This document shows positions 47,520 through 59,644 of a DNA stretch of 64,000 nt, in pieces. Numbering within the stretch: the first letter of the stretch is position 1; the number at the start of each line of letters is the position of its first letter. The notes beneath the pieces were generated by a model that saw only the letters and a program-made list of their open reading frames with translations, was not told where the DNA came from and ran no database searches. Position numbers and translations under genes: made by a program. This stretch comes from Macrostomum lignano. Its lineage: Eukaryota. The stretch lies in NCBI GenBank assembly GCA_002269645.1, contig NIVC01001425.1, positions 114,666-178,665 on the forward strand, in the 5' to 3' direction.

Positions 47520-48762
47520 TCAACTGCAGTTGCTTGCCAGTTGAGTCAGCTAGGTAGCTGTCTCAACATTTTGTGAGCAATTGCTCCGATCTTTTGTCTA
47601 TGGCCATGTTTTTATTCTTACTGACTGGAGTAATTGCTCTGCAGCTGAGAATTTTCTCATGAGTCGGAGCAAATGCTCAACTTATTCTTATTGACCTGAG
47701 CATTTGCTTGAGTTTGAGCATTTGCTCAGTTTATTCATACGGCCTATTATCTAAGAACCTTTCTATTGCCTTTAACCACGATGGAGTTGTACCGGACACA
47801 TCGGTTACATTCATCCTGAAGCTGCTCGAGTTCGCCACAACGCACCCAAACAATCGACGATACGACATTGCCACTATGCGCCAATCTGCTTTGCTTTACC
47901 TGATTAGCAGTTCTGCACAGATAATGCACAGCATAGTAATAACATTTCAGGCTACATAACGCTTAAGGAGAAAATTGCCGGTGAAGATCCTGCCGAAAGT
48001 TTAAACACCCCACTCGGTTAATTCACTGAAATGATTTCCCGGGGAAAGTTGAAGCACCCGCCAAAGTGGCTGTTCAATTTTGCTTGCCTCTGTTTCGGAT
48101 GCTTCATTTCGCTGCGATCACCGTCATGTGCTTTGCGAGTCCGGAAATTGTTTCTTGCCGTTGGCGAGTTTTACTTCCCTGAAGCAGATGTTCTGGGATG
48201 CTGCGTGCGCCTCACCAACTGTTTCTTCAAGGGTTATGTTCAACGAGGAGCAAAGAGCGCTCCTTCGCCGGATAAAGTGCACGATAGAAAAATACTGAAG
48301 CTGAGTGGACAGTGAGCGAACCTGGAGCAAACACTTCACTATTTATCATAGTCAGCTCTTGTCCCGTTCTGTGACTGTTATTTTCCTCTCTGTTTGTAGT
48401 TCAGATGAAGAAAGAATCGTAAATTTTTCTCGAGTTTCCTTATACATGTGCTGCATGTACAGCCTTCCCATTGTGTATTTTCACGACGTTTACTTTATGT
48501 AATAAAACTATTCAACATTTAAAAAAACCGACCCTGCACCCGCCTTCTGACTGCCTATCAAAAAGTCAAATATGATACGAGTATACATTGGCAACTGAAA
48601 GCATGCGCATACGGATGGGCCATAGAACAATGCTTTTAAACGAGCCTCATACTTTTTTCGCCATGAATTGGCTCGTTTCCGGTTTCCCGTTTCCGGTCCT
48701 GAGTTATCAAGTTGTCCTTGGAGGGAGCTTAATTAATAGTTTCATAGCTTTAGAGCTGAGCC

Positions 48763-50305
48763 ATGGCTGCAATTATTAACTCCACCATAGCACCTCCACT
48801 AGTTGACTTCAACTACTGCTCTGTAAGTGGTTGTACAACGGAGGCGCTGGCAATTGTGTCAACGGAGAGCAAGCTGGAAAGAGAGAGCGAAGAAGTGCTG
48901 GCTTTGTCGTTAAGCATGCCCAACAGTACTGATGCGGAGCTGGAGCAGCTATTGGCTATCGAGCCGAGTCGCTGTGCAACCTGGACGAGCTTGAGGAACT
49001 GGCTCGGCAACTGGAACGAGATAACCAATGCAAGTCTAGTGTCGCGGAGGAAGAGGCGATTGTCCGGAGGTTCACGGCCTGATTGGCGGATAACAACCTC
49101 CGCTTAGACTACAAAGATGCTCCAGTGGAGGATGTGGCTAAGTACGTTCGCTATTTCTACGCTCACCAGCGGAAGGCGGATGGGGACGTTCTATTCCCCG
49201 AATACTATCGTTGGGATACGTGCCGCTCTTTTCCGCTACTTCATGAAGCTGCGTGGCCTCGACATCATTGCGGATCCAGCTTTTCATGCGGCTAACCTGA
49301 TGATCAAGTATGTCTGCAACGCTTTTTTGCAGAATGGTGGTCGGCACTACGGGGCCATAGAATCTGACGACTTGATCAAGCTTAGTGCATACTTCGACAG
49401 GGCAACACCGTCGCGACTTCAGGAGGAGGTGTACTTCAATCTGCTATACTACTTTGGCAATCGGGGCAGAGAGTGCTTCGTGGAATCACCATGCAGTCGT
49501 TCAGCCAGGTAAAACTGGCCAATGGGTCGTTTGAAATCAAGCTGCAGGGCGGTACATCAAAGAATGTGCATGGTTCCACCGACATGAGGGAGTGCGACGA
49601 CAACAAGGAAGCGATGATGGTGGCGACGTCAGTAGCTGCAAAATGTCTGGTTCGTGCTTTTCTGCTCTACAAAGCCAAGATCAACGACGTTCCCGGTCGG
49701 AACGGACGCGACGTTTTCCTGCGGCCAAAGTCTCGAGTCGGTCCAGACGGTGTGTGGTACACAAAGCAACCAGTCGGCGTCAACACTCTCGGGCCTCTGC
49801 TGAAAAAGATTTCTACCAATGCCCAGCTCTCCAGGGTGTACACCGCCCACTGCGTACGTCTGACGGTCGTTACCACTCTTCATGAATCCGGCTTTGCAAT
49901 CGAAACAATTGCGAAGGGCACAGGTCATAAGGTCAGCGCATTTTTCGTCCTTATTCTGCTCTAATTTTGATTCATGTCAGTCATGTCATACTGATACTAT
50001 CATTACCATATATTGTTTCGTAGTCGTCCACATCCGTGGAGCGCTACATCCGTCGCGGAAAGAAGAGAGAGACAATCATCGCAGGCATGAGCGGGCAACT
50101 GACGCGTGCCCTGACTGATAGTGACAACGTGCAGTTCGGAGGCAGTGAGACTGCTTTGGCACAGGTTTCTACTGGTAACCAGCCTGTCATCACAACAACG
50201 TCAAGCGCCGGCGCATCCACTGTGACGGTTTCTACTGCCTTAACGAAGCGCATGAAGATCGTAGCTAACGGCGAACGCAACGTGGTGGAGTTCACATTTG
50301 AGTGA
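48763..50305 (+). pseudogene. Crypton-type tyrosine recombinase YR4, frameshifted, with intron 49932-50023
   Basis: YFYAHQRKADG..YSPNTIVGIRAALFRYF, DLIKLSAYFDRATP, GNRGRE, YTAHCVR, KGTGHK|SSTSVERY (donor GTCAGC, acceptor TTTCGTAG); three or more frameshifts. Confidence 0.85.
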
Positions 50306-50539
50306 TATGTGATGCAGTCTACTACGCTCCGATATTGACTTCATGCTGACCTTAGCGTTACTTTTTTAAATTTATCGTCACTTTGCAATTTCATCCTTGT
50401 TCTACGTTTCACTATGTTTAAATACATTCGTTCCATGCCGCAGCATTCCTGCACTGATTTTTGTGTAGCCACAAGTGAAATTTTTCCATAGACAAAAGCA
50501 TTCCGGCACGCAAAGGCGTGCGGGAATGGCACTCTTGCA

Positions 50540-50960
50540 CGCTTCAATCAAACAACACTGAAGATTTCCAAACAGCTTCGCTTCATTATCGGAATACACC
50601 TATCGAACGCGAATTGCCAACACCATCTGAACTCCTCGCGGGAAGAAAGCTGAGATACAAGCTGGCATTACCGGTTGAAGACCTAATACTGAAGAGAAAA
50701 TAGATCATAGATGAAAAAAAATCTTGAAACTTTGAACGCCGTCAAGTAGAAAAATGCAATTTGCTACGCCCAAGGAGCAAAAGATCTACAACAACTGAAA
50801 CCAGGTCAACAAGTCTGGTTGTACGAAGACAAGCAACAATGGGTACCCGCGGAAGTGAAGGATCCAGATGACACTCATCCAGAACGCTCATACACTGTGC
50901 GTACCGCCATGGGAAAGCAATGCAGACAAAATAGACGCACAAGGACCAAGGACAACTGAT
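50540..50960 (+). mobile_element. Gypsy LTR-retrotransposon integrase C-terminal remnant
   Basis: HYRNTPI..TPSELLAGRKLR..; PGQQVW..WVPAEV..RSYTVRT in broken frames. Confidence 0.7.
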
Positions 50961-51117
50961 ACAATGATACATTCAATTCCAGAGCACATGGTCCTACGGA
51001 AAAGTGCTGTCGGGCAAACAGTTAAAGTCGCTGTTGGAGGGGTAAGGAATTAAACTTCATAAAAACCAACCACTGCTAAATAACATTATCAGCCATTAGT
51101 TAGCCACTCGCAGCGTT

Positions 51118-51400
51118 ATGCAGCATTTCAGGCTGAGTCCCACGACTGCCCAGCACTTTTTTTTTGCGGATTTGACACCGATTGGCACCTGCTACGCAGA
51201 GAAATTTCGCTTATTTCCCAGGGATCAAATGCTACTAGCGCTTTGCTTCTACGCTAAAAAAGCTTCTATCAAATCGTTAGTGATGCTCATAGGCTGTCAG
51301 CGCCTTCGGTTTGCCGCGTTTTTTGCAGAGTGTCGCGGACGATCAATAAAGAGTTGTTTCAGGAGCTCGTGTGTTGGCCGCAGAACAGCGTCTAGCCACA
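51118..51400 (+). pseudogene. Harbinger-type transposase N-terminal fragment
   Basis: HFRLSPTT..QMLLALCFYA..SFYQIVSDAHRLSAPSVCRVF (HTH region) across a frameshift. Confidence 0.5.
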
Positions 51401-51959
51401 GAGACGCATATGTCTGACTAAACCCCTGTAAGCCGCAGTTTTTTTGCTACAGCCGTTAAGAAGTCCTTTATGAAACTAACTTTTTGACAATGGCTGAAAA
51501 TTACGGCTAGAGAAGACGCAATCTATGGTTTACGGCTTGAACGGCCCACAGAAGAAAGCGAAAGTCACAAAGCTGACTGTTGACACTGGTGGTACAGATG
51601 GCCAATTTCACTTACTATGCTTCAGATAAGACATTGGCGACGATTGTGGATTTATTACGACTGTTCTTAGTTTACTTTTATCAGAAAGCAGAAAAAAGAA
51701 CAAAGAATTTGCTACCTTTCGCCGCAGCACTAAGTAGCCCCAACTCAGTAACAAAATATACTAGCAACCTCGCTCGTTTTTTAACGATCTTGCATGCAAC
51801 TAAATAATCTTGTAGCAGTTAACCTAACGCTACAAATTGGTAGCAGAGCTTTTAATCCCAGCACTTGAGGACAACGACACTGGACGACACTCAGCGTCAA
51901 CAGCCACCATCAGACACTCCACCTGCAGCAGCTTCTTCGGAGAAGATCACACCACGTCT

Positions 51960-52570
51960 GTACAACGCGCCACAATTAGACCACCGCCGTTCTACCGTCA
52001 AGCCCCCGAAATTTGGTTCCGCCAATTCGAATCGCAATTCACCCTGGCCGAAATCAGCTCCGCCAGCACCAAATTCCACCACGCACTGGCCGCTCTCACG
52101 TTGCATGTTACATTGACATAGACATCGTTGGTTACAACCGACTCAAAACAGCTGTCTTAGACTCGCTGCGAGCCAAGCGCCACCAGTGCATCGAAGAAGC
52201 GCTTGGAGCAGAGAGCTTGGAGATAAAAGCCCTTCTCAGTCCATATACTGGGAAAGTTCATAGAGAACCACATCGCCACCGACTTCTAGAAAAAGCTCCA
52301 CAACAACCGGCCGGTCACTCGCCGCCACGCGACCCCTGGTGTTCACGTTCGCGCCAGTCCGAGCCCCCTGACACCAAGGGGCGGTCGAGCGCCTCGTTGC
52401 CCTCACGAAGTCCAGTCTTCGTCCCGCCCTCTGGCGCAAGCGCATCTCCGATGAGGAACTGCACATTCTCCTCGTCAAGATCGAGGCCATCCTCAACTGC
52501 CGGCCGCTGACCACCGTCTCCAACGACACGGCCGATCCGTCACCGCTGACTCCGTCTCACCTCCTCGGGG
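51960..52570 (+). mobile_element. LTR-retrotransposon remnants: Gypsy-like gag fragment plus BEL/Pao-like integrase fragment
   Basis: RPPPFYRQAPEIWFRQFESQF..ISSASTKFHH (gag); EELHILLVKIEAILNCRPL..DPSPLTPSHLLG (~52445-52570). Confidence 0.65.
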
Positions 52571-52909
52571 TTGGCCCTCACCTGTTACTTCCGATCCACG
52601 ACGACACTTTCCTGCCTGCCGGTACTTCCACTGCTCACCGCCTCGGGGTTGTATTTTTATCGCCACAACCGCAGGAATTTAAGAGAAACATAGCATAGAG
52701 TTTCGGGGCGTATTTTTCGTAGACCCTTCGGTCTTCGGCACTCGGGAGATTTAAGTAAATACACCCCTTAACTCTATGCTATATTTTCTACTTACCATCA
52801 GTCTTCTAAAAGTTTAAGGGTGGCTGACGGTGGGCCCTGAACCTCTGGATGATATACTACATATCTAATTACTGCTGGGCACAATACGGCACGGATTTGT
52901 CAGTCTTAC

Positions 52910-53076
52910 AGAAGAAGAACTTGATGCACTTGTCCAAGGAACGGTCCCTCTCGATCCCCTCCAATACGCTGAAGAAATGAGCCTGGATGTTTTCGACTTT
53001 CCAGGAATGGCCTGCGGCCCAGAAAGTAAACTGGTGCGCAAACTTAGATGACGCTGATGAACTCTCCAAGTCGGAT
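52910..53076 (-). CDS. Candidate isolated internal coding exon (167 nt) of an unidentified gene
   Basis: Acceptor AAAATTCAG|A and donor T|GTAAGA; open frame SDLESSSASSKF..WKVENIQAHFFSVLEGIERDRSLDKCIKFFF. Confidence 0.35.
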
Positions 53077-53823
53077 CTGAATTTTCAACTTAAATTTTTT
53101 ATTCTGGAGGTGAGGACAAAACGCAATACTCAGCTGGGACGTTGAAGGATTTTTTATCAATACAATGGGCCGTATGAATAAAACGTGAGAAAATCTTTAA
53201 AGATTATCTTTCGAGCCAAGAATTTCTTTAAAGAAATTCTTTTCCGGCAAGAAAATCTGTTGGAGAAAATCTTACGAGTCAAGATATTCTAGAAAAGACA
53301 TGAATAAAAGTTTCTCGGCTCGTGAGATTTTCTCGGCGACTGCCACTTGGCTGAAAGTTGTCTAGGGCCCAAACCAAGATGTCGGTGACGTGGAATCGAC
53401 GGCCATCTCCTCAGGCTTGGGCGCAGCCCATGCTGTGTCTATGGCTAAAACCACTTGAACACCGAAAATCCGTCCAGAAAAATCCTACTAGAAAGTGGCA
53501 AAATCCATGTGGAGTTTACCTGAACATCAGGTGACAGGAAAGTCACTTTGCTTTGAAATTTTACCCTGAGATTGAGCGTCCTGGCATCGAATGGTTGCCA
53601 ATTTTTTACATGTATATCGTGATTACTCTTTGCAGGAGCCCAGAAACAATGCAAAAAAAACTGCGAGCATGTTATAAGACGCTGCGTGGGGGGTAGAAAT
53701 GGGAGCTGCCGTGTGTACAAAACTGTGTCCTTGGACCGTTCGCAAGCTGAGCGACGTAAATAGCCTACCAGTGAAGTATGCTACCAGATTTCATTGAAAC
53801 CGCGCAATCTTCTCTCGAGAAAC

Positions 53824-54462
53824 ATGTCTGCCGCATCGGATGCCGAGTCTGAAAGTCAACAGGAAGCCGAGGAGGAAGCCGACTACATTGTCAACGTACT
53901 CTCTAAGCACCCGGTTCTCTTATCAAAGAGTAGCACGCCCGTCGTGAAGAAGAAGAAGGAGGCGGCCATTGCAGCATTGTGCGCTGAGTTAGAAATGCTG
54001 ACAGGAAAGCTGTTCGAGACCGGCAAAACATCGAAGAAGATCGCCAACATGAAGACGCGTATGAAGGGCAAGGTGGATCGAAATAGGACAGGGAATCGTC
54101 CCATAAAACTTCTTCCATGGGAATCCAGGTTGGCCCGCATAATGGACGCGGATTCGAATCCAAAAATGTCGCAAACTCCAGGGGCAAGTGCGGCTGGATT
54201 CCAAGCAAGTGCAACCGTCGTCTCGCCACAGCCAGCTGATGAGAGACGTTCACCCTCCGTGCAGCCTAAGGAACCAGCGAGGAAGCGTCGCATGTCTGGC
54301 GAGACAGAGGAGACGGAGAAGTTGGGCAACGCCGATTTGCAACGACTGGTGCTGCTGGAGCAGCTGCGCTACGTCAGACTGAAAAGGCGACTGGTGATGG
54401 AGTCTCAGGCGAGCAGACCTGCTCTTCGCCCTCCGTCGTACGGAAACGGGTACCAGGATTGA
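53824..54462 (+). CDS. Harbinger H2 Myb/SANT-like accessory protein, 212 aa
   Basis: IVNVLSKHPVLL..KKKKEAA..KKIANMKTRMK..NRTGNRPIKLLPWE..LQRLVLLEQLRY. Confidence 0.85.
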   Translation: MSAASDAESESQQEAEEEADYIVNVLSKHPVLLSKSSTPVVKKKKEAAIAALCAELEMLTGKLFETGKTSKKIANMKTRMKGKVDRNRTGNRPIKLLPWESRLARIMDADSNPKMSQTPGASAAGFQASATVVSPQPADERRSPSVQPKEPARKRRMSGETEETEKLGNADLQRLVLLEQLRYVRLKRRLVMESQASRPALRPPSYGNGYQD

Positions 54463-54965
54463 CGGCCCTGCAGACGTTAGTAATTGTTGTTAGTAATTCA
54501 GACCGAAAAAATGCGACGAACAGCATATAGGTACTTGTTGTTTTGTTGATCGCTCTAAGGCTGAAAGTCGCATATATGTACCACTGTACTGTTTCTTGTT
54601 TGTTATTTAGACAGAGAAAATGTGACGAAGAGAAGACATTTGTCTGTTGCTTTGTTGATCGCTATAAGGCTGAAAATCACATACTTACGACTGCTTGTTC
54701 TTTTCAAAATATATATGAAAAAAGCAACTAAGAGGATATGTAACAAAGTTTGACAATCTGAGAAAAGTGAATTATGTCAAGTGGAAGATAGTTTTCACGT
54801 CTTGTTACTGAAAATAATACCAGAATCGCTCTAAGGCGGAATCGGCGAGGCGTACATGTAAAGTGGATTACATTTTTGGACTAGTACAACGGTAACATTA
54901 TGAACAATATGTTTGTAAACACCTGTCACCTTCACATGAGTTCCAATGTCCAAAGATGCAGTATA

Positions 54966-56065
54966 CTAGACCATAGCAGCGATCTCGTTTCGCCGCTGTT
55001 GTCCGCGAAGACGCAGTTGCTGAGCTCCGTCACCAGCGTTGTCATCCTCATTAGTCAGCTGGTCGTCTGCATCACCGATGTATTGCGGATCGTCTATGTC
55101 TTCTTCATTCAGAAACTTGGCGACATTGTGAAGCACGAAGCATGCCAAGATGCATGTTGGTGCCTTGTGCAGCTGCAGTCGGATACCGTAGCGCAGAATG
55201 GGGAACCTTCTCTTGAGCTGCCCGAACGACCTCTCGATCACGACTCTGCTCCTGGCATGTAGCACATTGTACCGTTGTTGCTGCTCCGTTTCGGGTTGCG
55301 GATACGGCGTCATTAGGAACGGTGCGATTCCGTACCCAGAGTCACCGAGGAGCACTCCAGAATTGACTCTGGTCGTGAGTAGATGACTGGAAAGTGTTTA
55401 ACTTGCTACGTAAAATATATAAAGTTTACCATTTGCCCACTTGGAATCAGATTCTAAGTATGAATACGAGGTACTCACGCGTACAGCGCCGAGTTCTTGA
55501 GCACTCTACTGTCGTGCACCGAGCCAGGCCAACTCGCATCCAAACTAGTGAACACGCACTTCTCGGAGCACGTTGCCTGAACATTGATGGAGGGAAACCC
55601 CTTCCGGTTGATGTACTCGTCACCGGCTGCTCCTGAGGGCTTTTCGATCCTCACATGCGTGCAGTCAATTGCCCCGATGGCCGACGGGAAGCCCATTGCT
55701 TCAGTGAACTGTGCCTTAGCACGGTTCGCTGAAGCACCTTCCTGTGGAAATTGAATCCATTCGTGAGACAGCCGCGCGATACTCTGCAGGACGTCCCAAA
55801 CAACATTTGACACCGTGCTTTGATGAACACCTGTCTCCTTGGCAACACCGGATTGAAAGCCAGGGTTGCTCAGGTACCGCAGCGTGATCTCCATCTTCTG
55901 TTTCGGTGTCAGCGCACCGCCCCTTGTCTCGGAAGTATGTCCTAGGAAGCGCGTTGTCAGAAAGGTCACGTGATCCTCAGTGAATCGATGAAGCTGTCTA
56001 TATGTCTCCACTGGAGTGGCCTGTCGGGGCAGGTACTCCTTGGTCTTTCTGATCTGAAGGAACAT
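54966..56065 (-). CDS. Harbinger H2 DDE transposase, 2 exons (56065-55479, 55386-54966), 335 aa
   Basis: GAIDCTHV, WPGSVHDSRV, intron GC|GTGAGT...TTTCCAG|T, LLGDSGY, VIERSFGQLKRRF. Confidence 0.9.
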
Positions 56066-57099
56066 CTCGTGTCTCGTGTTACGGGCGCTGAAGATTCGCT
56101 TGAGCCAGAGAAAGAGTTGCTCGCATAAAACTCAAGTGTCGGCTCTCTCGGCGAGAAAATCACGTCTTTTATTCATCAGAAAGCAAGAAAATCTTTTCCT
56201 CGTGAGATTTTCTTGCCGAGCAAATCTTTTCTTGTGAAAGCTCGAGATTTTCTTGGCGAGAAAATCTTGCAAGAAACTCGCAGTTTTTTATTCTTATAAA
56301 CGCAAGAAATTCTTGGATTTCTTGCAAGAAAAAAATTTCTTTTTTTTATTCATACGGCCCAATATGTGCAAGTATGCGCACAAATGCGCACAAATTGATG
56401 CGGATTGAAGCTTGCGGAGATACGAACAAGGTCATTATCACTTTTTTGCCCAAGGAGTAATGTCACTTTTAGGTATGTGCATGTAACAAACTACGAGTAG
56501 GACGTTAAACGACATTGATTTCTTGCTGTTGCGTATCGTTGTGAACTATCTTGTTCGATAATGAAATATAAAGTGTTGCCATTTGTTTTTACTCAGTTCA
56601 TTTATTTATTTAGAAATCATCTATTAGCACCGGTGCAGATAAATTAAATAAACAATTAGACTATAGGCTACTGCACCTGTGCAACCGAGGCATACGTACT
56701 GTACGTAATATGGCATCACCCCATGAATTCATTTATTTCGTCGACAGAGTGGCTGAGGGCTGCATTTACTGACCGAGATAAAGATTTGACTGACCTCGAG
56801 TCAAATTCGGTAGTCTTTAGTAGAAAACCAAGAAAAAGAGAAAAAAGAAAAGAGAGGAAGGCGACGATTAGATCGCAAGAAAGAAAGGAGAGGCGACAAA
56901 TTTCTTATACGATATACTTTTCTGATAGACTTTTATGGATTTGCCACGTGATTTTCAAGTACGAGCTAGAAATTGACCACGACTTCTTGGAGTCTCTGTT
57001 CATTGAGCCGAATGCGAGCGTTAAGGGCGAAGATATACGCAGGCAAAAGATGCCCACGGAGAAGAAGTTCGATCAGAAAATAGCTCGTAGAAGACAACT

Positions 57100-58250
57100 A
57101 CTTACGAAGACGAAGGACGCATGGATGGTAAAAGCATTCAACGAGTGGCACGAACTGAAGAAGAAGGCCTGGGCAAGGCCTTCAGAAGCTCACGACGGCA
57201 GATGAAACGCTTTAATTGGTCATGGATGCGATACAAAACTACAGACCAATTATTATTATCGTCCCACCAAGCAGACTGAGGCAGCTAATATTAAACTGTG
57301 CCCACAAAGATCATCCTGGTATTGTACGCATGAAACGACTCCTATGATCAGCCTTCTAGTACCCTAGCATGGACAACGCAATTACGAGCCACGTCAGGTT
57401 TTGGTTGCCCTGTCAGGACAGCGCCAAGGCCCACAAAAATCTTCGTACCGGATGGCGGTCCAATCAAAAAACCTTACCGGTCTTGGTCGAAACTATGAGC
57501 TATCGACATCACTGACCCGTTTGCGAGCGCCCCACACAAACAGCGGTTTATTGTCGTGCTGACAGATTACTGTTCATCTTACCCAGAATTTCTACTTACT
57601 GGAGCCAGCTCAATCAGGATAATCAAATGTCTTACCGAATCGCTTCGGGAATCTTGACACCCTTGTGTATTGGACAGTAGAAGCAGCTTCGTATCGAAGA
57701 AGATGAGAAAATTTCTAGCCTACCGTGATGTGCGGCAAGAATGCGTTCCAATTTATGAGCCGCGACGAAATGGCAAGGCGATGTATTCAACGGGACACTT
57801 AAGCACGCTGCTCAGACGTTCGAAGCGGACAAGAAGAGCTTTGAGGTCGAAATACAGCAGACAATTTTCAGCTACCGCACAACACCAAACAAAAAGGGAG
57901 CCTCGCCAGCAAAACTTCTATTTAGGTCGGGACATCTAAACCAACTTTCAATTTCGACAAGGATCCATGATCAAGCAGAGTGCGAAGTCAGAAGCTACGG
58001 CTAACAAAGAGCATCACCACAAGGTTTCCTGCAACCATTTCAAGGTTGGCGACCTCGTGCGCATACGACTACCACACGTACCAAAAGGCAGATCACCATT
58101 TACCATTTACAGCTCCCTTCCCGATCGATAAAATCCTTGGCAACTTCAACTACAAACTGGACAATGGGAAAATTTGGACAGCACGAAATCTGGTACCGTT
58201 CAGGCACCTACCACCTACTGTTGTGGACAAGCTCTGCTATCTGTTTATGC
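57100..58250 (+). mobile_element. Decayed Gypsy pol (integrase) remnant
   Basis: LRQLILNCAHKDHPGIVRMKRLL (zinc-binding region), FIVVLTDY..YPE, FRYRTTP..SPAKLL and FKVGDLVRIR, with many stops and frameshifts. Confidence 0.75.
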
Positions 58251-58529
58251 TTTATTCAAGTGCAAATGAACATGTGCTTATGTAGCTACGCTTGTATATG
58301 CAGCTGGGAAGCTGTCTATGGTGCTGACGGCCCTTTTCTACAGGCCCTCAGAAGGGATATGAGGTAAAAAGCCCATGGGAAATAAAAGAATAAGAAAAGA
58401 AAATAGCCAGAGCTGAGGCTACGAGCAGACCAAAGTCGGCTGCATTTTATTTTCCAATAAACCTCCGCCTTTTATTTGTTGGCTAAAGACACAACACCTA
58501 CCACCTTGTTACGAGCGTATATTAAGTTT

Positions 58530-59404
58530 TCTACGCTGTGAAATTTCGGTCTTATAAATAGCTTTGCAGAATTTTCTGCTTTGTGATCTTTCGGTCTTAT
58601 GAAGTTTCGGTCTTGTAAACAAGACAAGCTAGTTGCTGTTGCGGCGAGTGTTGGCCCGGTGGTCAACACGCAGAAAGCTGTCGTGCTCTGCGTGCCAGAC
58701 GACATCGAGGCTGCGATTTTGTGCCGAGGGGCTGATGGACAGGCGACAGAGCTTCCGTGTTGCCGTCAGCAGTTCGTCTACCTTGGCGGTCTGGTTCCCG
58801 GCGTCCGCGAGGATTTGCGGCGTTGCCGCCGGCTTGCCTGGGCTGCTTTTCGTTCTGTGAGGGCAGTCCTGCAGTCCGAGGTCTTACCTAACCGCCAGAC
58901 GGCGGCGTTGTTCCAGGTGGTGATCGAGACGGTCCTGCTGTACAACACCGAGCCTGGAACGCTGACGGAGTCGCTTGAGCAACAAGTTGCCGCGGCGCAT
59001 ACTGGCCTGCTGCGCGCCGCATTCAAGATCGGCTACGAGCGAGTGACCAACGCGGCTTTGTATCACCACGCCGATCTGGTCTGTCCAAGCTACCTGTTGC
59101 ACCGTCGGTAACTCCAGCTGACAGGCCAAATCATCCGCGCCGAGTTGTACTGCCCAGAGCCGGTGCAGGAGGTGCTGCTGCTCACGCTGCAGGCACCCTA
59201 CCGGCGAAGGGCAGTCTCACACTCGGCGTTTTGTCGACTGCCTGCTGGCTGACGCCGGCGCCCCGGATTCGGCCGGCGACGTGGCGTTTATCCGCGACCT
59301 GGCCTTGAGGCGCACCCTGTGACGCTGAACGCATATTCCGTTGTTGGTCTTGTGAAGGCAGGTGTCTTTCGGCGTTACTAAATTTCCGTCTTGTGAAAGC
59401 GACC
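58530..59404. mobile_element. MuDR-like MITE remnant (same family as 28566-28786) split by an RTE fragment
   Basis: GAAATTTCGGTCTTAT / GAAGTTTCGGTCTTGT motifs at 58530-58620; terminus TCTTGTGAAAGCGACC at 59389-59404. Confidence 0.7.
58631..59316 (+). mobile_element. RTE-like LINE 3' fragment
   Basis: FVYLGG..EDLRR..LAWAAF..LFQVVIETVLLY..LTESLEQQV..LLRAAF, resembling the RTE region downstream of RT; internal stop at 59109. Confidence 0.7.
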
Positions 59405-59562
59405 TTTCAGGGGGACATGTTGTGTAACGATCCGAATCCAATGCACTTTGATTTATTTTTCTGTGTCCTAAACAGTTGCCGACTCTATTAAGGCTCATTC
59501 GCCTCGACTTATCTATAATGAAATAAGCTTACGACTAAGCTGTTCTATCCAATATACTAAAA

Positions 59563-59563
59563 G

Positions 59564-59641
<78 letters not shown>
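59563..59641. repeat. (GT)n microsatellite
   Basis: Directly visible. Confidence 0.97.

Positions 59642-59644
<3 letters not shown>

Larger units (their letters stand above)
41380..47745. mobile_element. PIF/Harbinger DNA transposon H1 (~2.65 kb plus LINE insertion)
   Basis: TIR AGGCCGTATGAATAAA; 3-bp TSD ATT; subterminal GAGCAAATGCTC/GAGTAATTGCTC repeats; convergent Myb/SANT-like and DDE genes. Confidence 0.92.
40550..48315 (+). pseudogene. THAP/P-transposase remnant split by the Harbinger insertion
   Basis: THAP MPRKCSVIFCC..FSFPKD..REAW..VCAKHWP. The frame EVRTL|SKNLSIAF is restored across the Harbinger ATT TSD, followed by RRYD..QSALLYLISSSA and C-terminal SRGKLKHP..RLTNCFFK..KILKLS. 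The catalytic core is absent. Confidence 0.65.
40357..48720 (+). mobile_element. Internally deleted P-element-like transposon (~2 kb after removing insertions)
   Basis: ~94-bp TIRs CAAGGACAACTTGATAAC...CTATGG(G)CCCATCC (40357-40450 / 48613-48720) enclose THAP and P-transposase N- and C-terminal fragments. The flanking 8-mers do not match as a TSD. Confidence 0.7.
53167..56360. mobile_element. PIF/Harbinger DNA transposon H2, 3194 bp, apparently intact
   Basis: TIR GGGCCGTATGAATAAAA; TSD AAT; subterminal GAGAAAATCT / GAGATTTTCT repeats; both genes open. Confidence 0.93.

Noticed and set aside
52683-52789. ~32-bp inverted repeat hairpin containing GCATAGAG
   Set aside because: Probably a small MITE remnant; no TSD found, and only a weak resemblance to the core motif.
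58281-58496. Possible solo or 3' LTR (TGT...AATAAA...ACAACA) after the Gypsy integrase remnant
   Set aside because: No polypurine tract, no matching second LTR and no TSD in the window; insufficient support.
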